A stretch of DNA of 64,000 bases. Origin: a virus. Its lineage: Duplodnaviria > Caudoviricetes. The stretch covers positions 1 through 64,000 of the IMG/VR virus record IMGVR_UViG_3300027986_000008. One strand, written 5' to 3'. Positions 17,591-25,518 of this stretch are shown here, in pieces (position 1 is the stretch's first letter; every line of letters begins with the position of its first letter). The translations under genes were made by a program, and so were the position numbers. The notes beneath the pieces are model-generated. The model made no database searches and had not been told where the DNA came from. It worked only from the letters and a program-made list of their open reading frames with translations.

Positions 17591-18089
17591 TAATCACGAT
17601 AGAAATTGGTTCCGCGGGAAGGGTTCGAACCTCCGACCTCTCCGAGGCTTTAAGGGCTTCGGATCGCTCTGCCGACTGAGCTACCGCGGATCGATTGAAC
17701 TCGACCGGCCTCCAGAGCCGGTAATTCTTCAGCGCCTGCTTCCTCTCTCGATCGAGAGGCTCCGTGATCAATGACGTGAAGCCGAGACCTCCGTCCGGCT
17801 CGATCCACGCGAAGTACTCGATACCGGCATCGACGAGCTTCTGCTTCGCCTTCGAGAGAGACCGCTCGTCCGGAACTCCGACCACGACGAGGTTCGGAAC
17901 TCCGTCGATCTCGCTCCAGGAAGCGAGCGTGAGAGATGCATGGTTGGATTGAACGATCTGATTCGCCAGAGTCATGTCCTGACGCACGAAGAGGAAAACG
18001 TAACGGTCGGATGGATTATCGTGGAGGTCTTGATCGATCTATCCAGAGAGACCGACCCGCTGAACTTCTTCCGTAGCTAAAATTGCCAA
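17520..18089 (-). CDS. Pth2-like peptidyl-tRNA hydrolase with in-frame TAG at codon 17 (18039-18041); frame continues through both tRNAs
   Basis: YVFLFVRQDM...QIVQSNHA, LVVVGVPDE..L, WIEPD, TSL..EP match the Pth2/PTRHD1 pattern. The only upstream start-type codons (TTG 18089, ATT) precede the TAG. Confidence 0.75.
17607..17690 (-). tRNA. Atypical tRNA with extended anticodon arm and UUA at the loop centre (ochre-reading)
   Basis: TCCGCGG/CCGCGGA-A-CCA acceptor; normal D and T arms; arm TCCGA-A-GC-[CCTTAAA]-GC-C-TCGGA. Confidence 0.8.
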
Positions 18090-18211
18090 TTTAGAATTAC
18101 TATTGTCTTAGGTCGTACCGTCGAGACCTGTCTCACTTTACCAACCGACGGGCTGGCGCGGAGCCTCTCGGCTCCTCCGCAGCTTCCCGGAACTCAGGAA
18201 GATCACCAAAC

Positions 18212-18580
18212 GTGTCTCTCATATCGATAGAACTCGCCATACGCCTCTTCTCCCTCACAGATCCGTCCGCCAAGATCAAGGTGATAGACGAATCCGGCAA
18301 GTACCAGGGAGAAACGACGGCCACCGTCGCCTTCGCTCTCGTCCAGGGAGGAGGGGTGCTCGTGGGAGGAACGAAGTATAAGGTAAAGTACGTTCGCTAC
18401 GCGGTCGCTCACAGCTATCCGTCGCGAGCTGAGCCGGTCTGCCCGATCAAGTCTCCGCGCCAGATCTGGGACGAGACGATGGAGAGCTGGCACCAGAAGA
18501 GGGGCATACTCTCTCCTTCACCGTCCTGGCTGGGAAGCATGGGATACGAATTGAAATTCGGCATGGGCGAGAGGTCATGA
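18212..18580 (+). CDS. Hypothetical protein
   Basis: AGGA SD, GTG start. Confidence 0.55.
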   Translation: MSLISIELAIRLFSLTDPSAKIKVIDESGKYQGETTATVAFALVQGGGVLVGGTKYKVKYVRYAVAHSYPSRAEPVCPIKSPRQIWDETMESWHQKRGILSPSPSWLGSMGYELKFGMGERS

Positions 18581-18984
18581 CCAGCCACAGAGGCAAAGTT
18601 CTCATGGTCATTCACGATCTCCTGAGTCGAAGCGGTCCGATGACTGCCAAGGAGATCGTGATCGCCACCGGCCAGAACATGAGGACCGTCCAGCAGATGA
18701 TCCAATACCTCGTGAAAGCAAGGAAGGTCGAGCGCGTCGGAAGCCGGAAGATCTCCCCTTTCGTGGACGGATACGGCAACTGCGCGCGTTCGATCGCAGT
18801 GTACGGGATTAGCGAGTACCAGCCTATTCAGCACCAGCCTATTCCTCAGGATGGCCGGAGCAAGCTGACTACGGCAGGCTCGACCGAGCGGCTGAGGAGT
18901 TTCATAGATCGGAGAAAGCGAGCGTGGGCGGAGGATACGGTCCGAAGAGGAGCTTGCTTTCCGATGAGTGAGGTAGAGCCGTGA
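18577..18984 (+). CDS. Winged-HTH DNA-binding protein
   Basis: GPMTAKEIVIATGQNMRTVQQMIQYLVKARKVER. Confidence 0.7.
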   Translation: MTSHRGKVLMVIHDLLSRSGPMTAKEIVIATGQNMRTVQQMIQYLVKARKVERVGSRKISPFVDGYGNCARSIAVYGISEYQPIQHQPIPQDGRSKLTTAGSTERLRSFIDRRKRAWAEDTVRRGACFPMSEVEP

Positions 18985-19211
18985 CCGGATCGACGAGGGG
19001 AGCCGTCCACGAGGCCGAGACGCGGATCTGGATGGCGAATAACTACGGTACTCTGATCCGTCCAGCCAACGCGGGCTTCAGCGAAGTCCTTCGTCAGGCC
19101 GGGACGTTCGCCGAGACCGCGCTCAGGCACACCGACGACCCGCTAGGGTTCTTGGCGAGGCTCGCAGAGTTCCGTTCTAAACTTCGGAGGATCGACCTAA
19201 ATGAACGCTGA
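18981..19211 (+). CDS. Hypothetical protein
   Basis: GTGA coupling and GAGG SD. Confidence 0.5.
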   Translation: MTGSTRGAVHEAETRIWMANNYGTLIRPANAGFSEVLRQAGTFAETALRHTDDPLGFLARLAEFRSKLRRIDLNER

Positions 19212-19419
19212 ACAAATCACGTATATGGTTAATCGGTTTTTGCAATGGAAACTACCAAAGGATTTCAACCCCGACTGCGGCATTCACTTCGATGCAAATG
19301 CTGCCACGAAACTGAATCCCAATAATCACACATACGAACCAGTCGGTACGAATCTTCTCTCGGCAGATCAGGCAACGGAAATGGTCCGCTTTATGATCGA
19401 CGGATTGAGTGACCTATGA
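19201..19419 (+). CDS. Phage-type hypothetical protein
   Basis: GGAGG SD; MVNRFLQWKLP.DF.PD.GI...P.GTNL. Confidence 0.7.
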   Translation: MNAEQITYMVNRFLQWKLPKDFNPDCGIHFDANAATKLNPNNHTYEPVGTNLLSADQATEMVRFMIDGLSDL

Positions 19420-19667
19420 AGAGGATCTTGGCTAAGGCGACGAACTGGGAATACCGGTGGATTTGACGTCAATGCCGGAGTCCTTAGAGTTTTCGTCTCC
19501 GGCGAAGACGAAGGCCATGCCCCGCGCCCCCAGCCAGACGATCAGAAATCGTGATGACTCCGTTCTGCCAAGTGTGCGGACCGATTAGAAAGAACCGGGT
19601 ATCCCGGCCGAAGACGAGCATCCACATCAGAACCGAACATACGATCCGAACTTCCGGCATACGCCTT

Positions 19668-19925
19668 TTACGCAGCCTCCGGCCACCAGAGCACTTTGTC
19701 CCTCTCCGGCCCTTCCCCTCCGACGAGCAGGCTTACCCCGAGAGCCTTCGCCACCTGCCTCAGCTGCGATCCCGTCAGGTCCTCCAACCTCAGCACCGTC
19801 GCATCCTCCGCAAGCTCACGAGCCAGCAGGATCACCGCTCCTACATCCGTCCCCATCCTCTCGGCCTCCGCGCGAATCCGATCCGCGAGCGTGAAGCCGC
19901 GATCTGCATTCTGCTCCGTCTTCAT
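19668..19925 (-). CDS. Small HTH-like regulator with its own promoter
   Basis: AAGGAGG SD; TTCACA-N16-TATTAT upstream; LTGSQLRQVAKALGVS. Confidence 0.6.
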   Translation of the reverse strand: MKTEQNADRGFTLADRIRAEAERMGTDVGAVILLARELAEDATVLRLEDLTGSQLRQVAKALGVSLLVGGEGPERDKVLWWPEAA

Positions 19926-20112
19926 GTCGTGGGTCCTCCTTCCTCTGCTTTTAATAATACTAGAAACTTAGGATTTGTGAACCGCGAGTTTTCGCGTTAC
20001 TGATGAAGTAAATGAGTGATCGTAATTTTATAAAAGTACTCTTTCTATCCATTTCCCGACCTTATGGTGGTTGTCACCCCATGGTGATGATCATTGTTTC
20101 CTCTCTCTCCTG

Positions 20113-20856
20113 ATGCAATGCACGGCTCATAATCGTCAAGGCAAGCAATGCGGCAGAGCCGCGATCAAGGGATCGAACATCTGCTACAAGCACGGCGGCA
20201 ACGCTCCGCAGGTGATAGCGGCAGCACGTCGACGCCTCCTCGCGATGGTCGATCCGGCCTTGGCGATCATGGAGCAATCGATCCACCTCGCGACGAAGGA
20301 CAGGCTGAAGCGAATCAAGTCGTTGGAAAAGCGAATCGAAGACCTCCAGCACGTGAGAGACGAGCGAGCGAAAGCCTGGGAGAAGGCGCAGACCGATTGG
20401 GAATACTCTCAGATGGCGTCGCTGCACGGGGGCGGTAACGACGACGGCAACGGAGAAGCCTTCGCAGAGCCTCCCATGAAGCCTCCTCCCGGCTACTCCC
20501 GCGGCGACATAGTGATGAGAGAGAAGGCCGTCGGAACGAAGATCGTCTACGAGTTCTTCCTCGATCGCTCCGTCCTCGAAGAGCTTCGTGAGCATGAAAA
20601 GCAGCTCCGCGTCGAACTGACCGACTCGGCTCCGATGATGAACGTCGTGAAGGACGTCCTGGCCCGCGTCGGCCTCGGCCCGGTGGAGAATGCAGAAGCT
20701 CCGGAGGACAGGCTCAACGAGCTGCTCGAACTCGCCAAGAACGGGCCGTACCGAGAGCCGGAGCCTGCTGGAGAGGGCGGCGGCGGCTCGGCAGGGATAG
20801 GAATAGGGGAGCCTCCTGACGGAGTCTCAGAAGAAGAAGAGAGCCAAGGCTCGTGA
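20113..20856 (+). CDS. terS: Terminase small subunit-like protein (HGG motif)
   Basis: CTA....GKQC......GSNICYKHGG; upstream of terL. Confidence 0.65.
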   Translation: MQCTAHNRQGKQCGRAAIKGSNICYKHGGNAPQVIAAARRRLLAMVDPALAIMEQSIHLATKDRLKRIKSLEKRIEDLQHVRDERAKAWEKAQTDWEYSQMASLHGGGNDDGNGEAFAEPPMKPPPGYSRGDIVMREKAVGTKIVYEFFLDRSVLEELREHEKQLRVELTDSAPMMNVVKDVLARVGLGPVENAEAPEDRLNELLELAKNGPYREPEPAGEGGGGSAGIGIGEPPDGVSEEEESQGS

Positions 20857-21137
20857 CGATCATAGATAGAAACGGAGAGCGGAAGGTCTGCGACCGGTGC
20901 CGCCGATCGAAGTCGGTGAAATTCCGGATCGGCTCCGTCTGCGAGGCTTGCCGGGAGATGGACCGGAAGGCTCGTAATCAAGCTCGCTCGTTCTTGAGAG
21001 AGGCAAAGGTCCTCTCGATGGAGTATCGCCCAACGGCCCGCTTCCGAAGGTACTCCGGCCATCATTACTGGTGCGATTCTTGCAGGCTCGGACATGCCAC
21101 TCAGCAGTGTCCGGTCGCTCGCTTAAAAGCTGTCTAG
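20853..21137 (+). CDS. Cys-rich hypothetical protein
   Basis: Three CxxC pairs. Confidence 0.5.
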   Translation: MTIIDRNGERKVCDRCRRSKSVKFRIGSVCEACREMDRKARNQARSFLREAKVLSMEYRPTARFRRYSGHHYWCDSCRLGHATQQCPVARLKAV

Positions 21138-21152
21138 AGAGGTATATATAAC

Positions 21153-21572
21153 GTGTACCAAAAAATGGTACGGAAACCGTACCAGAAATTGGTACGGTCC
21201 GGCGAAAACGTCGGAACGTACGCTCGATTACCGGAATCCGTTCTCCGTGATAAACGGCTCTCAGCTTCTTCTCGATGCGTCTACGCTGAACTTGCGCTCG
21301 GAGTCTGGCAGTGTACCACGATCTCTCTCGGCCAGCGGCTCATAGGGAAGCGTCTTGGCTTGAGCAAAACTACGGTGAACGCTGCGATATCCGAATTGGC
21401 AGAGCACGGGCACATAGAGGTGAAGAGCCTCGGAGGTCAGAGATTCACGTATCACCTAACGTCGAACGTCTTCGGCCAGAAGCAGAGAGACGGAGAGTAT
21501 GAAGTTGCGACCGGACCGTCCGGAGGGAAGCGGATCGTCTCTATGCCGAAGGGCGGAAAACGATCAGCATGA
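21153..21572 (+). CDS. wHTH protein resembling the N-terminus of phage replication initiators
   Basis: LPESVLRDKRLS....VY...Q..IGKRLGLSKTTVNAAISELAEHGHI. Confidence 0.75.
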   Translation: MYQKMVRKPYQKLVRSGENVGTYARLPESVLRDKRLSASSRCVYAELALGVWQCTTISLGQRLIGKRLGLSKTTVNAAISELAEHGHIEVKSLGGQRFTYHLTSNVFGQKQRDGEYEVATGPSGGKRIVSMPKGGKRSA

Positions 21573-21793
21573 GAACCGTTTTGGGTCCACCAATCCACGT
21601 CCCCAAACGACGTTTATAAAAATATTACTTTACGCTTTTAGGCACCGGTACTAAAGTAAGAATCAGTAGGAGCATGTTGTTCCATTGAGCTAACGGAGCG
21701 GTTCGAGGTGAGGATGGCGAATCTTATGTGAGGTGTCATCCGGGCTGAGGATCGCTCCTCATTCTTTACGGTACTCGTCCTGAGAATTATCTT

Positions 21794-22127
21794 ATGCTGA
21801 CGACGGTAATGTTGGTTGCGATTCCGGCAGGTCCTGAGGCAAAAGCTTCCCCGGCTACACTCCGGGAGATTTCCGAGAGACTCTGCGCTGATCAGTGCGA
21901 GCCTCAGGAGTACAGATGCTTCGACTGCCACCTATCCTGGGAGGCCGGACCAAAGCTCTGACTATCGAACGGTGAGTTGCTCGAACTGCTACTCGGATCA
22001 CGTCATCATCACGAAGATCTGGCTCGGCTTCGAGGACTGGGGACCTCAGAACGGAGGAGCCGAGGAGCAGAAGGCTCGATGGGAAGCCGCAGTCAAGGCC
22101 GGAGAAGAATCGAGCGTACCTCTATGA
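21794..22127 (+). pseudogene. Zn-ribbon gene split by a +1 frame change near TGA 21959
   Basis: EYRCFDC in one frame and CSNCYS in the +1 frame. Confidence 0.45.
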
Positions 22128-22391
22128 GCGGAGAAGCAGTGCCCACTGACGAGGAGTTGATCTGTAGTTTCATGGAAGACTGGTTTACAACCGTGGAGTT
22201 AGAGCCGCTCGTGGCCGTGCTCGCCAAACTGGACGCCGCAGCTATGGAGGGGAAGCCGTGAGCCTTCTGCATGCGTTCCTTCTTGGATTCGGGATCGTAG
22301 TGTGCGCTTGGGTTATGCTTGTTCTGATTCTGTTCGTCGTGCTCTGCGGAATATCTTTCTTTGATCCTCCGCAGAGATCTCACTTCGGCCA

Positions 22392-23675
22392 ATGATAGCC
22401 TCATCTCCTCCGGCTTCCTCTCGTCCTCCGAAGCTCCGGCCTTTCGGACGGAAGGCCCACGAGTTTGCCTTCCGGCTTCCGATCGAGGATGCGTGGCTGA
22501 ACATCCTCTGCGGAGAGGTCCGCTCCTCGAAGACCTGGAGCACCTTTCCGAAGATCGTGATGCTCTGCAAGTACGAAGTCGAGGGTGATCGCGTCCTCTT
22601 CGGCAAGACGAAGGAATCGATCTATCACAACATCCTGACGGACCTCTTCGATATCGTAGGGACGAGAGGCTACACGTACAACCGGCAGAGCGGAGAACTT
22701 GACCTCCTCGGCTCGAAGTGGAGAGTGATCGGAGCGAACGACGAGAGGTCTGAGCAGATGATTCGCGGCTCGACGGTCGGGGTGGCGGTGGGAGACGAAT
22801 TGACGCTCATCCCCAAATCCTTCCTCATGATGCTCCTCGGCCGCATGTCGCCGGAGGGATCGAGGCTCTACGGCACGACGAACCCGGACGTTCCCACCCA
22901 TTATCTGAAAGAGGAGATCATCGACAACAAAAGGTTCACGCACGGCCTCCGCGGAGCTGACCTGAACTACATAACGTTCACGATGGACGACAACCCGAAC
23001 CTCGACCCGGCCTTCAAGGACAAGATCAAGCGGAGCTACACGGGCGTGTTCTACAAGCGGTTCGTCCTCGGCCTTTGGGTGATGGGGACCGGCTCGATAT
23101 ACGCCGACGTGCTGACGGATGACGCGTGGTACGACGACGCGTCGAGGCCGATTAACCTCTACTCGCGGCACGGCCACGTCGATCACTTTCTGGCGCTCGA
23201 CTACGGAACGGCGAACGCGCTCGCGTGCGGAGACTACTACGACGACGGCTTAACGATCTGGTGCGACGATGAGTTCTACTACGACAGCCGCATCGAAGGG
23301 AAGCAGCTTACGGACGGTCAGTATGCGGACCGGATCGTCGAGTGGCTGGCGCGAAAGGGATTTCACCAGAGGAACTGGCCGGGAGTGATCATCGATCCAT
23401 CGGCCGCGAGCTTCCGCGCGGAGCTTATCTCCCGCGGCTTCTACGTGGGCGACGCGGTGAACGACGTGAGCGACGGCATCCGGAGAACGTCTACGATGCT
23501 CGCGAACAAGAAGCTCCGGATCAACAAGCAGAGATGCGTGAACGGTGTGAAGTTCATGCAGAGCTACTGCTGGGAGGAAGGCAAGGAGAAGCCGAAGAAG
23601 GAGGGCGACCACTGGCCGGACCAGTGCCGGTACGCGATCGCCTCGAAGGTTCCGGATTGGAGGTTAGCAGCATGA
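22392..23675 (+). CDS. terL: Terminase large subunit, PBSX family
   Basis: GEVRSSKT Walker A variant, VGDE Walker B, TTNPD, DNP.L, LDYG, IDPSA and DH..D..RY motifs. Confidence 0.95.
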   Translation: MIASSPPASSRPPKLRPFGRKAHEFAFRLPIEDAWLNILCGEVRSSKTWSTFPKIVMLCKYEVEGDRVLFGKTKESIYHNILTDLFDIVGTRGYTYNRQSGELDLLGSKWRVIGANDERSEQMIRGSTVGVAVGDELTLIPKSFLMMLLGRMSPEGSRLYGTTNPDVPTHYLKEEIIDNKRFTHGLRGADLNYITFTMDDNPNLDPAFKDKIKRSYTGVFYKRFVLGLWVMGTGSIYADVLTDDAWYDDASRPINLYSRHGHVDHFLALDYGTANALACGDYYDDGLTIWCDDEFYYDSRIEGKQLTDGQYADRIVEWLARKGFHQRNWPGVIIDPSAASFRAELISRGFYVGDAVNDVSDGIRRTSTMLANKKLRINKQRCVNGVKFMQSYCWEEGKEKPKKEGDHWPDQCRYAIASKVPDWRLAA

Positions 23676-23941
23676 AGGTCCGCTACCACAAGGTCAGTTC
23701 GGCGCGGAAGGCATATGCTTCTCCGGAGGCTTCGAGAGGCGAGACATACTCCGGCTCGAAGAGAGCGCAGAGTATGGAGCGCGCTGCGATCCTCGGGGCC
23801 TGCGACCGATTCCAGGAGCAGCAGGACTGGATCAACGCTCAAGGGCGGACCGTTCAGCACGTTAAGGACGGCAAGGCAATGACGGAGCACGGAGCGAAGC
23901 TACTCGGAGTTCCGTGGAAGAGCCAGGAGGATCTATTCTGA
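23672..23941 (+). CDS. Hypothetical protein
   Basis: ATGA coupling and GGAGG SD. Confidence 0.55.
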   Translation: MKVRYHKVSSARKAYASPEASRGETYSGSKRAQSMERAAILGACDRFQEQQDWINAQGRTVQHVKDGKAMTEHGAKLLGVPWKSQEDLF

Positions 23942-24285
23942 CAACCGAACCAAAGACGTTAAAAGAACTCGTAGAACTCGCGCTGCAATTGAAGCCAGGA
24001 TGGCGTGAAGCTATCGTAGAGCTAGAGGATTTCTGTAGTGAGCCGGTTCGCCTTAAGAACATGGTAGCTGCTGCCGACCAGCTGGATGACTGGGCCAAGC
24101 AGGCGCAAAGACTGCTTGCCGTACATCTACCGGTAGCGGACGGAGGTAGAAGTTTAGACGTATGGCGACGGCTGGTCGAAGATGCCGAAGCGGAATTAGC
24201 CCAGGCTGTCGAACGCGTGCAAAAACTGAAGGCCGCAATACAGATATTTCGGCAGAACGCAGAGAGTATAGAATTAAAGCCATGA
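23914..24285 (+). CDS. Coiled-coil hypothetical protein; start uncertain
   Basis: Fills the operon gap; helical. Confidence 0.5.
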   Translation: MEEPGGSILTTEPKTLKELVELALQLKPGWREAIVELEDFCSEPVRLKNMVAAADQLDDWAKQAQRLLAVHLPVADGGRSLDVWRRLVEDAEAELAQAVERVQKLKAAIQIFRQNAESIELKP

Positions 24286-24446
24286 CGATACTTATCCCGC
24301 TGCTCTTCGCGCTTGCGGGAGCGCTCATCTACGGTCTCTCTTCTAATCCGAAGGTGGTCGAACTCGGTCGGATCATGTTCTGGTGCGGCCTGCTCGTGAC
24401 GCTCTTCCGCGTAGACTCGGCTTCGATCTCGCTCCTCGGAAAATAA
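24282..24446 (+). CDS. Small two-TM protein, holin candidate
   Basis: MTILIPLLFALAGALIYGL...IMFWCGLLVTLF; close to the endolysin. Confidence 0.55.
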   Translation: MTILIPLLFALAGALIYGLSSNPKVVELGRIMFWCGLLVTLFRVDSASISLLGK

Positions 24447-24452
24447 AAACCG

Positions 24453-24698
24453 ATGGCCCCGAGGCTTCATTGGAAGAGGATCGAAGGCGAGTGGTGGCTC
24501 GCCAATGAGATGAATCAGAAGATCACGAAGGTCTCGTATGACGACGATGCGGCGCAGTACGTGGACTCCTCCGGCCGGAAGCTCGGGAAGACTTTCGACG
24601 GCGCGCGAGAGGCCGCGGAGACGGCTCACATAGCTCCTGAGACCGGCAATGCTCGTGAGGCCGTCGAGAAGATCCGGAAGAGCAAAGAAAAAAACTGA
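24453..24698 (+). CDS. Hypothetical protein
   Basis: 81-aa ORF. Confidence 0.55.
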   Translation: MAPRLHWKRIEGEWWLANEMNQKITKVSYDDDAAQYVDSSGRKLGKTFDGAREAAETAHIAPETGNAREAVEKIRKSKEKN

Positions 24699-24853
24699 AA
24701 CAAAAAACGTACGTTTTGTATTATATTGAAGCTACGGACGGGTAGCTTCATTACGGTCCGGCTGGCGGATCACGTCCTCGAACCCGGTTCGAGCAACGGT
24801 CTCCGTCTCTTCTCTTCAGTTAGGCTCCTTTCCGGGGCTTCTCTCTTCATAAC

Positions 24854-25348
24854 ATGAGCGACGTAGAGCTTGAGATTCCTCTCCTCCTCGCGAACGAGTC
24901 GGATGAGGTAATTCCGGATGACAACGGTCGCGGGCCTTCGAAGTACGGCGTAACGCTTGAGACCTACCGATTTATAAGCAAAGATCCGGCCATCCCTCCG
25001 GAGGCCATCTGGGACTTGACGCTTGATGAGGCGAAGAACTTCTATCGCCTCTGGTGGAAGCTCTACCACATCGGCTTGATCGAGGACCAGGCTCTCGCGG
25101 GAAAGTTGATGGACTTCGGATTTAACGCCGGACCGGGCCTGGCTACGAAGATCCTCCAGAGGATCGTCGGAGTGAAGGATGATGGGATCTTAGGGCCGGA
25201 AACCGCGGCTTCCGTAAACGGTCGAGATCCGGCGGCTCTACTGGCTTCATTTAAGCAGGACATCGTCACTCACTACGAGGCTTTGGCCAGCTCGAATCCT
25301 TTACTTCGAAAGTACCTCGAAGGCTGGAAGAAGAGGGCGCTGGCGTGA
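24854..25348 (+). CDS. Endolysin, GH108 with peptidoglycan-binding C-terminus
   Basis: E....D..G.SKYGVT, D.GFNAG, LQR.VGV.DDG.LGP.T, GW..R. Confidence 0.9.
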   Translation: MSDVELEIPLLLANESDEVIPDDNGRGPSKYGVTLETYRFISKDPAIPPEAIWDLTLDEAKNFYRLWWKLYHIGLIEDQALAGKLMDFGFNAGPGLATKILQRIVGVKDDGILGPETAASVNGRDPAALLASFKQDIVTHYEALASSNPLLRKYLEGWKKRALA

Positions 25349-25518
25349 TCCCATATTCCTCTATAGCTAAAGCCTCTCCGGAAGCTTGCAGGCGATATGC
25401 CGATATGAAACCTCAAGCGTGCAATAGAGGACCTCCGGCTCGCATCAACCTGGCTTCCGGCAATCACCATATTCTCTGCCATGGCCATCGTATTCCTCGT
25501 GGTCTCCTTACTCTTCCG

